IMG/VR virus record: IMGVR_UViG_3300025099_000012
Coordinates: 18,300 to 82,299 of that record
Origin: a virus
Reading direction: 5' to 3' (one strand)
DNA length: 64,000 nucleotides
The notes below the pieces were generated by a model, which did no database searches, was not told where the DNA came from, and was given only the letters and a program-made list of their open reading frames with translations. The position numbers were made by a program, and so were the translations under genes. Positions 9,478 to 19,747 of the stretch are shown one piece after another. Each line of letters begins with the position of its first letter. The stretch's first letter is position 1.

Positions 9478-11364
9478 TTACTTGCTGTCAAACACCATAT
9501 ATGCGGTCTTCGTTGAATCTAGATTTAATCCCTTTGATAGTGAGAATACAATCTCTGATATTGATATTCCGGTTCTTGTATATGATTTATTAAAGTTTGC
9601 ATAGGAAGCGTCAATCTCCTTCTCTAGTTTCTCGTCAAACAATGCCCTGACTTCAGCAGTCGGATATTTATTAGGTTCTTTAACTCTGATGTCATCATTG
9701 AACATTGAAGCAACAGCGTGTTTGCATAGCTTGAAACTTAATCGATGTGATTCTGATTCCCAGCTGCTAACCTTACCTGCTGCCTGTGACTGACCTGATA
9801 TTCCATAATCATCTTGGCCTTGCGCTGTGGGTAGTGGATAGCGCAACTGTCTATTAGTTTTACGTTTACTTGGATCTTGATTTGACTGAGGCATCGACAA
9901 TAATGCCTGAGAATGATTAGGGCAACTGCAGGTATATGAGTTTGCTGGTGTTAACGCTGTACCTAAACCGAACACCTCATCCATCCATGGATCCACATCG
10001 GTATCAAGGTTTGTCCACTTAGTGTCTGTTGTAAATGTCTTTGCAAAACTATTGTCGGAGAATACCAATATTGATCCATCCAGCAGGTCAGGGTATAAGT
10101 TTATTTCTGCAGCATATGGGACTGCTTCATAGATCAAATTATTATTGACTATGTCAGCCTTACGAATTACAAAAGGAAGTATTGAATATGATATATTCTG
10201 CACTTTTGGGGCTATAAAATCTCCTGTAATATAGATGCCTGGAAAATACTTTTGATAATCCGACTTTCTAAATGCATACGATCCTTTTACGGTATATGTA
10301 GCATTAGAGGTTGTAAAAATAGTTGGAAGGGATGTAAGATCGAGCATTGCTGGGGGCAATTCGTTTACGCCTTGATCTAGTGCCACTAATGACTTAGCCG
10401 ATTCCTGCTCTTCTATTGTTAACTCAAAGAAGTAATCATCGTCCAGATACACTGCTGAATCTAGATTTGAAATAGCTTTTTCTATAAAGAAATTAGTTAT
10501 GTAAGTAATCTTGCCGTCTAGTAAGCTTGGGTTATTTAGTATGTCAAGTGTTTCTGCTTGTCTCGTTTGTGAGTTAATTCCTTGGTTAGGTACGAATGTT
10601 CCTGAGTTCTGAGTAACTGCTACATCACTTACAGGTATGCTCACTGATACTGTTGTGAGATTTCGAGTTAAATTGATCGCATTCGACAGTTCCCTTGTTA
10701 ATGTTTTTCCATTAAAAATACTTGGCAACCCGCTTGACGTTAGTACGTTTTTAAGTGTGGCTTCAGTTCTACCATTTTGTGTCAACGGTCCGTCAGAAAT
10801 TCGTTCCCCAATCAGCTGTGGTAAAAGAAATTTATTTGTTGCGTCAGGAGTGATGACTACGTGTATTTCTCTATTTGCTTTATTTACTGGATAAGCAACA
10901 ACATCATTCTGAACCGATGTTATGGATCCTAAGTTTTTATACTCCTGAATTTTCTTTATGACATAGTACGTGTTTGTGTCAGCGTTAGCCGTTGGGTATT
11001 CGTATCCTGTGTATGTATTGTCAATTTCATAGCTCTTACCTTTGAACAAGGTAGAAGTAATTACTGCCTTTTTAAATGGCTGATTCGTAGAGCTTTTAGG
11101 TAGACCGGGGTCATACGACGTATCTTTGACCTTAAGGTCGTTCCATCCAGCATTGCTATATATCTCAAACCCCTTACGCCACTTCACCCAGTCACTATCT
11201 AAGTTCCACTTCTCAATTACTGATCGTTGGACCACTGAGCCGAACTGGCGATCACCTGGATAATATCCAGCAGCACCTGTTCCCTTACCTTTATCCAGTC
11301 GTCCAAATCCTTTAAACGCAAATGACTCTGTCGTACCAAAGCCATTCTGCTTCCTAGGCATCAA
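9478..11364 (-). CDS. Large late protein with C-terminal SWIM-like zinc finger
   Basis: YTCSCP...LCKH motif. Confidence 0.6.
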   Translation of the reverse strand: MMPRKQNGFGTTESFAFKGFGRLDKGKGTGAAGYYPGDRQFGSVVQRSVIEKWNLDSDWVKWRKGFEIYSNAGWNDLKVKDTSYDPGLPKSSTNQPFKKAVITSTLFKGKSYEIDNTYTGYEYPTANADTNTYYVIKKIQEYKNLGSITSVQNDVVAYPVNKANREIHVVITPDATNKFLLPQLIGERISDGPLTQNGRTEATLKNVLTSSGLPSIFNGKTLTRELSNAINLTRNLTTVSVSIPVSDVAVTQNSGTFVPNQGINSQTRQAETLDILNNPSLLDGKITYITNFFIEKAISNLDSAVYLDDDYFFELTIEEQESAKSLVALDQGVNELPPAMLDLTSLPTIFTTSNATYTVKGSYAFRKSDYQKYFPGIYITGDFIAPKVQNISYSILPFVIRKADIVNNNLIYEAVPYAAEINLYPDLLDGSILVFSDNSFAKTFTTDTKWTNLDTDVDPWMDEVFGLGTALTPANSYTCSCPNHSQALLSMPQSNQDPSKRKTNRQLRYPLPTAQGQDDYGISGQSQAAGKVSSWESESHRLSFKLCKHAVASMFNDDIRVKEPNKYPTAEVRALFDEKLEKEIDASYANFNKSYTRTGISISEIVFSLSKGLNLDSTKTAYMVFDSK

Positions 11365-11870
11365 TAGAATCCGCCGTGCACCCCAAGCAATGGTGCCGCT
11401 GTAGCTGTGTCATTAGCACTTTGCTTCTTGACTGCTGCCCACAGAGCCTTGCCCTTAGGAATGTATAAGGCTTGGAATTGAGTTCCAATTACAATACTTG
11501 AGTCTGTAGAACCAACCCCTGGTACTGGATTCAATACAAACGGCATTCCTCCATACACAGTTTTTGATCCTTCTGTAGTAGCTCCATTGAAGGTGCCCAG
11601 GAAGGCTGCTTGAGATGGAATCAAGATATCCCTAGCAGTAGATAAATACATGTTGACTGTATATGCAGTATTGGTCTGCCTTGCCAATGTATAGATCTCA
11701 CCAATGATGGCCCCGTCATTTGTAGTGCAGTCAACGATTAGCTTGGCTCCGTTCGAACCACCAATAGAGATAACAGATGTCTGCTCAACTGTTGCACCGG
11801 CAAGGTCAACAATATTATGCAGTACGTTATCAACTAGTAGCGGTTGCTTATTAGTAGATGTAGAAGCCAT
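11361..11870 (-). CDS. Putative virion structural protein
   Basis: beta-rich 169-aa ORF in structural cluster. Confidence 0.55.
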   Translation of the reverse strand: MASTSTNKQPLLVDNVLHNIVDLAGATVEQTSVISIGGSNGAKLIVDCTTNDGAIIGEIYTLARQTNTAYTVNMYLSTARDILIPSQAAFLGTFNGATTEGSKTVYGGMPFVLNPVPGVGSTDSSIVIGTQFQALYIPKGKALWAAVKKQSANDTATAAPLLGVHGGFY

Positions 11871-12355
11871 TATGCATTACCTTTGTTTGATTTACCTTTC
11901 TTGGCAATTGTAGTTTTAGTGCTGCCAGGAACCATTGCCATTGGATCAGGCATCATTGCTGGTTGACCAGTTAGTCCCATAGCGCTCTGTGGTTTACCCG
12001 TCATCGCAGGATGTGAATTGATTCCCACTGTGGCCAAATAATCTTGTGGTGCAAACATTGTTTGGTTATTTTTCAATGGCTTCACTTCTGTGCGACTTAC
12101 CAATGTGGGGTCAATTGCATTTGCACCTAGTTGAGGTGCATTGACAAGACCCTTGTCTTGATACGTAAATTTATTGACAGTCATTGCATTTGGACCCTGA
12201 GGCATAGCACTAAACTGTGGTCCAAAGCTAACAACATTGTCTGGGTTGTTATTCTGTGTTGTTGGATCCCCAGGTGTCACTGACATGTTCATTGACAACA
12301 TTGCCCGTTTTGGGTCCAGGTTAATTGAGTTCTGTTGTGCTTTACTTAGAGCCAT
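11870..12355 (-). CDS. Hypothetical late protein (Met/Pro/Asn-rich)
   Basis: ORF track; start MALSK. Confidence 0.55.
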   Translation of the reverse strand: MALSKAQQNSINLDPKRAMLSMNMSVTPGDPTTQNNNPDNVVSFGPQFSAMPQGPNAMTVNKFTYQDKGLVNAPQLGANAIDPTLVSRTEVKPLKNNQTMFAPQDYLATVGINSHPAMTGKPQSAMGLTGQPAMMPDPMAMVPGSTKTTIAKKGKSNKGNA

Positions 12356-12357
12356 TA

Positions 12358-12663
12358 TCAAATCCTCGTTGTTTGTTGACGATCATTGTTGCCATCATCT
12401 GAATTACCAACAGCATTCCGATACATAGCAAGCTTCCTGTCTAGAGCATCTGAAGCCATATCATTTTGTTCCTGAGCTTCAGGTTGAGGTTTTTCAAACC
12501 TTGCGTCAGGCATGGGTTCTCCAGTGTTGATTTCTGGTTGTACTCCACCAACAAAGGGGTTACCATCTGCTTGCGCACGAGCTTGCTTAAGTCTCATCTG
12601 ATAGTCATCTTCCTGACTATTCATGGTAATTTTAGGAGCACCGTGTGTATTTACGGCATGCAT
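12358..12663 (-). CDS. Hypothetical late protein
   Basis: TAGAATAG at 12688-12695 upstream. Confidence 0.55.
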   Translation of the reverse strand: MHAVNTHGAPKITMNSQEDDYQMRLKQARAQADGNPFVGGVQPEINTGEPMPDARFEKPQPEAQEQNDMASDALDRKLAMYRNAVGNSDDGNNDRQQTTRI

Positions 12664-12698
12664 AGTTTTATGGTTTAAATCCTAAGACTATTCTACAC

Positions 12699-13196
12699 TT
12701 AACACCAACTTGTGCTTAGCATCATTCGAGTTCCCACTGCTGTATCTGCTGGACCTGGAACTGCCAAGATAAACTCTGCACCAGCACGTTCAAATGCATA
12801 ACGACGTACTTCTGGTCTCCGGTAGTTTGGAACGTATAAACTCTCAGCTAATCGATCGATTTCTCGTAGATAGATTTCACGGAAATAATCGTCACCTTTT
12901 AAGGGATCTGATGTTTGAATTGTACGTTCAACATCACCTGAAATAATTTCTTGTCTTGACGGATTTAGCGTCCGGCTGCCGCCTGCATCGAAGTAGTCAT
13001 CTGGAATGGCTGCACTTGCACGCCACGCAATGTCACACCGTTTAATGTGATAGACAATTTGCTCATACCAGTAGTTGTCTGGAATAAGAGCCATGGCCTC
13101 TTCTAGGCGTGACCGATCTCCAGCAGGAATCTGTGCACCAGCATTGAACCCAAGATGAAATCTAGTTTTGGACTTTAGATAATCGTCTAGTTCCAT
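12699..13196 (-). CDS. Putative head completion/adaptor protein
   Basis: Helical 165-aa protein downstream of capsid genes; function inferred from position. Confidence 0.4.
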   Translation of the reverse strand: MELDDYLKSKTRFHLGFNAGAQIPAGDRSRLEEAMALIPDNYWYEQIVYHIKRCDIAWRASAAIPDDYFDAGGSRTLNPSRQEIISGDVERTIQTSDPLKGDDYFREIYLREIDRLAESLYVPNYRRPEVRRYAFERAGAEFILAVPGPADTAVGTRMMLSTSWC

Positions 13197-13645
13197 TACG
13201 CAGCTCCAGTGATATTGCTGTAAGTGTCAGCTAACACTGATTGCAGTTGATATGTTTCTGAAGGGCTTAATGCTCCTTCAGTTTGTAGCTTTGCCAATAG
13301 TATGGCTGCTGGATTGTCTTGCATAGCTTCTTGCTGGATACCCGCACCTAAAGCTCCACCTAGAATTGCTCCTACTAAGCCTCCAGCAAAACGAGGCCCT
13401 GGTTTAACTGCGGCACGCACACCCTGCAATCCAGTTTTTGAAACTGGAGTTAATCCTTTCCCTGCCGCCAAACGATCTTTCAGATTGTTAATGAATAGTC
13501 CACCTTGATGTGGTAATTCACCTGCGACTGCACCAAGGAGAGCACCACCTCCACCTCCTAGTAGAGCAGCAGTGCCAGTACCCATTTGATTCTGTTGATC
13601 TTGCTGCGCTTTAGCTAGTAACGCTTCTTCAATACTAATTGCCAT
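13196..13645 (-). CDS. Glycine-zipper protein, putative internal virion protein
   Basis: LLGGGGGALLGAVAG and RFAGGLVGAILGGALGAG segments. Confidence 0.6.
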   Translation of the reverse strand: MAISIEEALLAKAQQDQQNQMGTGTAALLGGGGGALLGAVAGELPHQGGLFINNLKDRLAAGKGLTPVSKTGLQGVRAAVKPGPRFAGGLVGAILGGALGAGIQQEAMQDNPAAILLAKLQTEGALSPSETYQLQSVLADTYSNITGAA

Positions 13646-13674
13646 TACTATACTTTGACTTTAATATTACTAGT

Positions 13675-14109
13675 TTAACTAATAAAGATTAAGTCCTCTT
13701 CAATTAATTGATCCCAATTAACCCGTGGGATGTTCTCAAGCTGCTTGAGATTAGCAAACCTCTCACCACTCAGAGACATACGTAGTTCAACTATCTTTTT
13801 GGCTGTAGCAAAACCTACACCTGGTAACCGTTTTGCAATCTGTTCTGCTTGAGCTGCATTCAAATTCAATCGCATATCTTCAATAGGAACAATCGGATCA
13901 GGCAATGGCTCTTCAGGAAGCTCTTGCTCAAGCTGTGCAATCTTAACCATTCGACCTTTTTCACGGTCATACGGAACAAGTTGATCCAATGTCATGAATG
14001 TGACGTTACCTCCAGCATCTTTTACCATCGCAAATTCTTTATCGTGAGTACTGATAAACTCAACTAGTTTGCCAGTCTTACTATCTTGAAATAACTTTTG
14101 ATCGGACAT
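13675..14109 (-). CDS. Helix-hairpin-helix (ComEA-like) DNA-binding protein
   Basis: LNLNAA...LPGVGFATAKKIVELR...F..L..L..IP; start MSDQK lies downstream of the terminator and a TATAATA box. Confidence 0.75.
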   Translation of the reverse strand: MSDQKLFQDSKTGKLVEFISTHDKEFAMVKDAGGNVTFMTLDQLVPYDREKGRMVKIAQLEQELPEEPLPDPIVPIEDMRLNLNAAQAEQIAKRLPGVGFATAKKIVELRMSLSGERFANLKQLENIPRVNWDQLIEEDLIFIS

Positions 14110-14144
14110 ATTTTTTGGGGTATTCCTTTTCATATTATAAGCAC

Positions 14145-14172
14145 AAAAAAAGCGCCTCATAAGAGACGCTTT
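14145..14172 (-). terminator. Rho-independent terminator of capsid operon
   Basis: Minus strand AAAGCGTCTC-TTAT-GAGGCGCTTTTTTT. Confidence 0.8.
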
Positions 14173-14191
14173 GGTTATCTGATTGTTATTA

Positions 14192-14833
14192 TCAGGTGCC
14201 TTGACCAGCTTCAATTCCGTAAGGAATGTGAGCATCGCTAGCGTCAGGAGCCGGAGCAGGACGGTAGTAGCAGATCTCGACCAGAATGGCGGAGGGGCTC
14301 TTACGGTCTGCACCCACAGAAGGGTTCTGCTCAGCAGTGCAGTTTGCAGAAGTAATGACCTGAACGGTGGTATCAGCAGAAGTGCTAATAGCAGTTCCGT
14401 TGACAATGCCCAACATTGCGGAGGCAGCGCCATCAGCAGGGAAGAACTTGTCAGCAGCTGCAGTCAGTGTTACTTCACTGCCAGTGTCACCAGGAGCGTT
14501 ACCACCAAGAGCAACAATCTTGATGGTGTTACCAGATGCAGTAGCTTTAACGCCAGGTGCATTCAATGCGGTGCGATAAACAACGGAATTCTTAGGAATC
14601 ACGAATGCTTTATCGGTACGTGGCTTGTCATCCTGACGAAGATCAGGTGACAGAACCTTCAAGCTATAGGTGCCAGCAGACAGGACACCACCGGAAAGAG
14701 TTCCAGCGTTGTCAGGATCTAAAACGAGAGCACCGACGATACGGTAGAACTCAACACCTGGGAGAGCCTCAACACCCTGTTCGCGATATGCGTTCAGGTG
14801 GGCTACATAATTACCGGGAAAAATTACGGACAT
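14192..14833 (-). CDS. Putative capsid decoration/minor capsid protein
   Basis: Directly downstream of MCP, preceded by AGGAG RBS, highly-expressed codon bias. Confidence 0.6.
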   Translation of the reverse strand: MSVIFPGNYVAHLNAYREQGVEALPGVEFYRIVGALVLDPDNAGTLSGGVLSAGTYSLKVLSPDLRQDDKPRTDKAFVIPKNSVVYRTALNAPGVKATASGNTIKIVALGGNAPGDTGSEVTLTAAADKFFPADGAASAMLGIVNGTAISTSADTTVQVITSANCTAEQNPSVGADRKSPSAILVEICYYRPAPAPDASDAHIPYGIEAGQGT

Positions 14834-14849
14834 AGTTAGTTAGCTCCTA

Positions 14850-15998
14850 TCAATAAACGAAAGAGTAACCAACCGTAATGAAATCGCGGTTAAGCGTTTC
14901 AAAACCGGCAAACAGCGACCAGATCATGATGATGAAACGGCTGAAGTCATCGTTGTTATTCAACAAAATCTGAGCGTTGTTACCACCAATACCCACGCCA
15001 ACAGCCTGAGGGCCGAAGAAGACAAGTTGAGATGCTGTGTAATCAGCAGCTCCTGCAGCTTCGTCAGCAACAATCAAGTTGTATGTGGTTTCGGGCAGGT
15101 TGGTGGACTCAAACCAACGGACACCCTCAAAGAGGAAGCCAGTAGGCATAACGGGTTGACCGGCAACAAAGCCAGCTTGGCCGTAAGCAGGTCCCATGCC
15201 TTGGTAGAAGTTGGCGTTGGGAGCCTCAGCAGGGTTCATAGGATTAACAATCCCTTGACCCGGATAACGAGCGATCTCGCGGAAGTCTGCGTTCTGACGC
15301 AGATGCATCATTGCGGTTGGATCGACGATGCAACGGTAGTAACCATCAGCGAAGGTAGGAACGTTGCGCTTACGCATGTCCTTAACCACTTCGAGGAGGT
15401 CAGTCTTTACATCAAATTTGGCGGACTCACCAGCGGCGTACGTCACACCCAAGGTTCCACCAGCACCGCCTTTAGGCTTGCCACCTGGCAGGTAGTAACC
15501 ACCTTGATCTTTGCTGGCTTGACCAGCAGCTTCTGCCTTCAGCAGTTCGTTTGCGAAGACACGATCACGCCAACGACGATAGTCATCCAGCAGGGTCAAA
15601 GAACCGATGCTTTGGTGGAAGACATTCAGGTTGCCAGTATCAAGTAGCAGACGCTGAGCAGTAATCAGGGTTTCACGAGCCACCTTAAAAGTAGAAGGCT
15701 GTGAAGCATCGCGGGAATCAGCGGGACCGGTGTACTCGCGGAGAGTAACCAGTACTTTGTCCTTGACGATGTTGCGTGCGGAGGCGGATCCAAGTGTTTG
15801 ATCGGCAGTCCGCTCACGGGACTCCTTAGTGCCAGGTTTGCCCCAGAAGCGATACCGGTCTAACTGAACAGTTTGACCAGGTTGCTTGGAGAAATCATGA
15901 ACGACCACAGGTTCAACGGCCATCTCAATGATGTATGCCGGATGCGGACGATATAGTTCAGCACCAAGAAGCTTCGGAAAATCATTATCAATCCACAT
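14850..15998 (-). CDS. Major capsid protein
   Basis: 382 aa, strong C-ending codon bias, DFSKQPGQTVQL N-arm-type motif, GGAG RBS, position near portal/scaffold. Confidence 0.75.
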   Translation of the reverse strand: MWIDNDFPKLLGAELYRPHPAYIIEMAVEPVVVHDFSKQPGQTVQLDRYRFWGKPGTKESRERTADQTLGSASARNIVKDKVLVTLREYTGPADSRDASQPSTFKVARETLITAQRLLLDTGNLNVFHQSIGSLTLLDDYRRWRDRVFANELLKAEAAGQASKDQGGYYLPGGKPKGGAGGTLGVTYAAGESAKFDVKTDLLEVVKDMRKRNVPTFADGYYRCIVDPTAMMHLRQNADFREIARYPGQGIVNPMNPAEAPNANFYQGMGPAYGQAGFVAGQPVMPTGFLFEGVRWFESTNLPETTYNLIVADEAAGAADYTASQLVFFGPQAVGVGIGGNNAQILLNNNDDFSRFIIMIWSLFAGFETLNRDFITVGYSFVY

Positions 15999-16105
15999 AG
16001 GATCGTAACTCCGTAAGCTAAAAAGTTATAAGTGACTTCGACTTAGTCACATATAATGATAGTACTTGTTATTGCTATACTTTTAACTATATACCCCAAT
16101 ATTTT

Positions 16106-16489
16106 GTGGTTATGGAATTTATAGATGATAAAATTTGGACGCCTATTCATACCTTGCCTGGATATGAATGCTGCATCGAATACTACATAAACTCAATCGG
16201 TGATATCAAAAGTACTAAAGGTCGATCTGAAAAGCTTTTGAAGCAGCGTAAAAATAAAAATGGATATATGCAGGTCAACCTCACGCAACGCATTGGTAGA
16301 AAACGTACTGTTACCGTTACTGTTCATAAGCTTGTTGCACTTGCATTTCTAAAGCCTCCATTAACAATGCCCGGAAGGACTAAAGCTTGCAGCCGAGTAG
16401 CACATGTAGATGGTCATAAAAACAATAACTCTGCTTCAAATCTTAAATGGACTAAAATAGAAGAAAGTTGTAATAGCAAAAATGGCTGA
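16106..16489 (+). CDS. NUMOD4/HNH homing endonuclease-like protein
   Basis: W.PI..LPGY...Y.INS.G.IKS, NGY..V.L, VHKLVALAF, HVDGHKNNN..SNLKW. Confidence 0.75.
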   Translation: MVMEFIDDKIWTPIHTLPGYECCIEYYINSIGDIKSTKGRSEKLLKQRKNKNGYMQVNLTQRIGRKRTVTVTVHKLVALAFLKPPLTMPGRTKACSRVAHVDGHKNNNSASNLKWTKIEESCNSKNG

Positions 16490-16970
16490 TAGTCTTATTC
16501 TTTCTGGTGTTAAAGGTGTATCTAAGCACACTGGTAAAGAACTGCTGCTGACTCGTCCAAAGCGTGGTGGCGATACACATAAACTTAAGGAATGGTGGCA
16601 CGGTACTAATGGTGCACAGTATGTAAATTGCACAATTTTTGATGTCACTGCTAATGGACAAACAGTTAAATTAGCTGTCGCAACAGGGGACTCTTCGTTC
16701 TTGCGTATTGATCATGATGGTAAATTGAATTTTGCTTTCTATGGTGCACGTGGCGTTACTCGTGCGGCACTCTTTAGCTCTGATCTAAAGCTTATTGAGC
16801 ACTATGTCTTGCCGAGTATTAGTAAAGGTAAAGTCATGACTGTCAAACCACATGGCTCTGAAGAGAAGCCCTCCTCTATAGTCAAGCCTGAGCCGAGACC
16901 TCTCGCACCTAAGCCTGCTAAGAAAGTAGCAAAGAAGACTATTAAAGCGTTAATTAAAGACGAAGACTAG
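16482..16970 (+). CDS. Hypothetical protein with Lys/Pro-rich tail
   Basis: ORF overlapping HNH gene end. Confidence 0.55.
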   Translation: MADSLILSGVKGVSKHTGKELLLTRPKRGGDTHKLKEWWHGTNGAQYVNCTIFDVTANGQTVKLAVATGDSSFLRIDHDGKLNFAFYGARGVTRAALFSSDLKLIEHYVLPSISKGKVMTVKPHGSEEKPSSIVKPEPRPLAPKPAKKVAKKTIKALIKDED

Positions 16971-17656
16971 AAGCTCGGACGGTCTGCAAGTCGCATGATG
17001 TAGCTTTTGTCTTCAATTGACTCAAGCGACTTGTATTCGTTGCCAACATCAATCTGAATTTTATAAGGAAGGCGTTTAGTGTTTCTAGCATGGATGCCTA
17101 CGTAGAAGAAGTCTCGTGGCTTGATATACATCTTGTCGTAGGGATGTTCTTCATTCTCACTTGTATATAGTCGAACATCAAGATAGCTGTTGTTATAGAT
17201 ATTTGATGCTTTAAGATTTTCAAGATCTACACTCAGGTATGAATCTGATCCAATTGCCGGAAGAGTAAGTGGAGGCGTAGCAGCTGACGAATAGCCTGGA
17301 TCTGATTCGGCACCCGCTTGATCGAGACTACTGGTTACATAACCTGTGTCGTCTTCTTCGCTGTAGAAATCAATATCTGCTTTGATATAACCAGGCTCCA
17401 GATATTCCTTAAGAACAATGTCGCCAATAATATTCAGCTTTACTTTGATGAAATGATTTTCTACACCAAATAAACCTACTGCATCTTCATACTGCAGTGA
17501 GAATGGTACAACATTGACCTCCGCTACTTCAGCTTTGGATATACTCGCACCAGTCGCATAGTTGAGAGATTTACTTGATGAATACCGATCTGGATTAGTG
17601 TTGTCACTAGCAGAATATGTATTGTTTTGCCTCAGTATTTCTGTAGTGACATTCAT
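16967..17656 (-). CDS. Hypothetical late protein
   Basis: 229-aa ORF; TACAATAG at 17678-17685. Confidence 0.6.
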   Translation of the reverse strand: MNVTTEILRQNNTYSASDNTNPDRYSSSKSLNYATGASISKAEVAEVNVVPFSLQYEDAVGLFGVENHFIKVKLNIIGDIVLKEYLEPGYIKADIDFYSEEDDTGYVTSSLDQAGAESDPGYSSAATPPLTLPAIGSDSYLSVDLENLKASNIYNNSYLDVRLYTSENEEHPYDKMYIKPRDFFYVGIHARNTKRLPYKIQIDVGNEYKSLESIEDKSYIMRLADRPSF

Positions 17657-17685
17657 GTCTGCATTTATTCAATAACTCTATTGTA

Positions 17686-18627
17686 TTAAAGATACTCGCT
17701 TACACTATTGGACTGTTCTCGTAGATTTTTAAGAGCTTTATTTTCTAGAGTTCTGACTCGATCACGGCTCATGTTCAACATTTGTCCAATTGCAGTCATG
17801 GACATTGGTTCTAGTATTTCTTCCCCAATCCCATATCGCATACTAATTACTGCAGCCTGCATTTCAGGTAGATCTTGAATGAGCTCACGAATGTCTTCCT
17901 TAATGAATTGTTGTTCTAGCAGCATCTCAGGTAATTGTGTTTTATCTTCTAGTAGATCTATTAGAGCGGTATCTCGGTTCTCTCCAATTTTTATTTCAAG
18001 TGATGTTGGTTGCCGAGCTTTACACATCAAATCTTTAATGTCATCAACAGACAGGTTGAGGTATTCAGACAACTCAAATACGTTTGGTAGTTGACCATTG
18101 ATTTGACTTAGTTCACGCTGGGCTTTCTTAAGTTTGTTGAGGTTCTCAGTAACATGGATCGGTAAACGAATCGCCCTCGATTTTTCAGCGATAGCGCGAG
18201 TGATCCCTTGACGGATCCACCAGTAGGCGTAAGTAGAAAACTTGTAACCACGACCAGGATCAAACTTCTCCACGCCACGGACCAAGCCAATGGTACCTTC
18301 CTGGATAATATCCAATAGGTCCATGTTGCGCTTAGTATATTTTTTGGCGACTGAAACAACAAGCCGGAGGTTTGCTGTAACCATTTTGTCTTTTGCCTTT
18401 TCACCATCTCTAATTTGCTTACGAAGTTCCTTGTAAGGAATGTCCATTACTTGAGAAAGATCTTTTGTATCGTCTAGTGCTAACTCTTCTTTGATCGCTT
18501 TAATTTCCATTAGACGTTGTACATTTCTACCTAGCAGGATTTCTTCGTCATGCTGAAGTAAGGGAATTCTTCCAATGTCACGAAGATATGCACGGACAGA
18601 ATCTCCAGTACTCTTTGTAGATGCCAT
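17686..18627 (-). CDS. RNA polymerase sigma-70 factor (group 2-like, cyanobacterial type)
   Basis: Region 1.2 DSVRAYLRDIGRIPLL, region 2 NLRLVVSVAKKY...FSTYAYWWIRQGI, region 3 AIRLPIH, region 4 HTH. Confidence 0.93.
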   Translation of the reverse strand: MASTKSTGDSVRAYLRDIGRIPLLQHDEEILLGRNVQRLMEIKAIKEELALDDTKDLSQVMDIPYKELRKQIRDGEKAKDKMVTANLRLVVSVAKKYTKRNMDLLDIIQEGTIGLVRGVEKFDPGRGYKFSTYAYWWIRQGITRAIAEKSRAIRLPIHVTENLNKLKKAQRELSQINGQLPNVFELSEYLNLSVDDIKDLMCKARQPTSLEIKIGENRDTALIDLLEDKTQLPEMLLEQQFIKEDIRELIQDLPEMQAAVISMRYGIGEEILEPMSMTAIGQMLNMSRDRVRTLENKALKNLREQSNSVSEYL

Positions 18628-18674
18628 ATTTCCTTTTTGCTTATATTTAATTCTATCAGCCTATTTGATATTTA

Positions 18675-18965
18675 TCAACCATATATTCGTGCAAATCTTG
18701 TATTTTCTCCTGGGTTTTCGCCAGACTCAAGTGACTCAACCGCCATTGCTTGGGCAGCATGCTCGTTAAACCCTTTCTCCTTATAATTGTTCAAGTTCCT
18801 TTCATACTGCTCTATTGAGCTTTCAAAGTCTTCGCCGTGGTGAATCATCTCAGCTGCCATTTGATTTGCAGCTTGATCCTCTACTCCATCTGATTTTAGA
18901 TGTTTCCATATTGCCTGAAAAATCTCAGGATCATTTGCATAATCACCCGCTTTTCTGTTATTCAC
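18675..18965 (-). CDS. Hypothetical late protein with internal repeat
   Basis: G.E.QAANQMAAE / GFNEHAAQAMAVE duplication; N-terminal RKAG. Confidence 0.6.
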   Translation of the reverse strand: MNNRKAGDYANDPEIFQAIWKHLKSDGVEDQAANQMAAEMIHHGEDFESSIEQYERNLNNYKEKGFNEHAAQAMAVESLESGENPGENTRFARIYG

Positions 18966-19006
18966 TTGGCAACACTTTGAATCTCTATTTATTCTATCAA
19001 TTACTA

Positions 19007-19330
19007 TTAAGCGAATCCTTTAAGGCGTTCCCGTAGTAAAGCTTGTTCGGGCACAGATGCCATTTTAAAAGCAGCATAGTTTGGGTCTGCCATTCTTGCC
19101 GTTTCACTGTCATTACCTTTAGCTGCCAAAATTGCCATTGCAACATGACCTGACTTCTGCTGGTTAGCTATTTGTGCGGCACTAAGACCAGCAACACGTT
19201 CCATGCCTTCCCTGGCTGCAAGTCCTTGAGTTTCATTAGTAATTGCCTGTTGTCCGGCATTACTGGCTAGTAGCTGACCTTGAATTTTTTGTTGGTATGA
19301 ATTTGCATCCATATCGTTGGAGTACATCAT
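19007..19330 (-). CDS. Hypothetical late protein
   Basis: TACAATA at 19360-19366. Confidence 0.55.
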   Translation of the reverse strand: MMYSNDMDANSYQQKIQGQLLASNAGQQAITNETQGLAAREGMERVAGLSAAQIANQQKSGHVAMAILAAKGNDSETARMADPNYAAFKMASVPEQALLRERLKGFA

Positions 19331-19372
19331 TTCTACAATTAGCTTAATTCTGTTACTTATATTGTACGTAAA

Positions 19373-19747
19373 TTAAATACGTCCTTGTTCGGGACCATCT
19401 ACGTAATCAACTGCTGCTAATAGACCAGCTAGTCCACCAGCTCCGGCTAGCACTTCACCCGCCATTCGCTTTTTAATTTCTTGTTTGAGGGCGTGTTTGC
19501 CACCCTCTTTAAGTAATTCTCTTACAAGAGTGTCAAGGTTTTTGTTTTCAGGACGTGAGGCAATCTCAAGTGCTGCAGCTACATCCTCTGGCGTTGGATT
19601 ACGACCTAAGATCTTTTTGAGAGTTTCAGGTGTGAGATCCTTCTGATCGTGAAATACATATTCCAAGTCAGGATTAGAAGGCAACGACCCCGAAGAGCCG
19701 ATGCCTAGTTCTCTCGCTCGTCTGCCAGAGTTGTAGTAACTCATCAC
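19373..19747 (-). CDS. Hypothetical late protein with C-terminal Gly-rich hydrophobic helix
   Basis: RMAGEVLAGAGGLAGLLAAV. Confidence 0.55.
   Translation of the reverse strand: MMSYYNSGRRARELGIGSSGSLPSNPDLEYVFHDQKDLTPETLKKILGRNPTPEDVAAALEIASRPENKNLDTLVRELLKEGGKHALKQEIKKRMAGEVLAGAGGLAGLLAAVDYVDGPEQGRI

Noticed and set aside
14110-14433. N-terminal extension of the HhH ORF (track start 14433)
   Set aside because: Overlaps the decoration gene and crosses the terminator; the real start is likely 14109.
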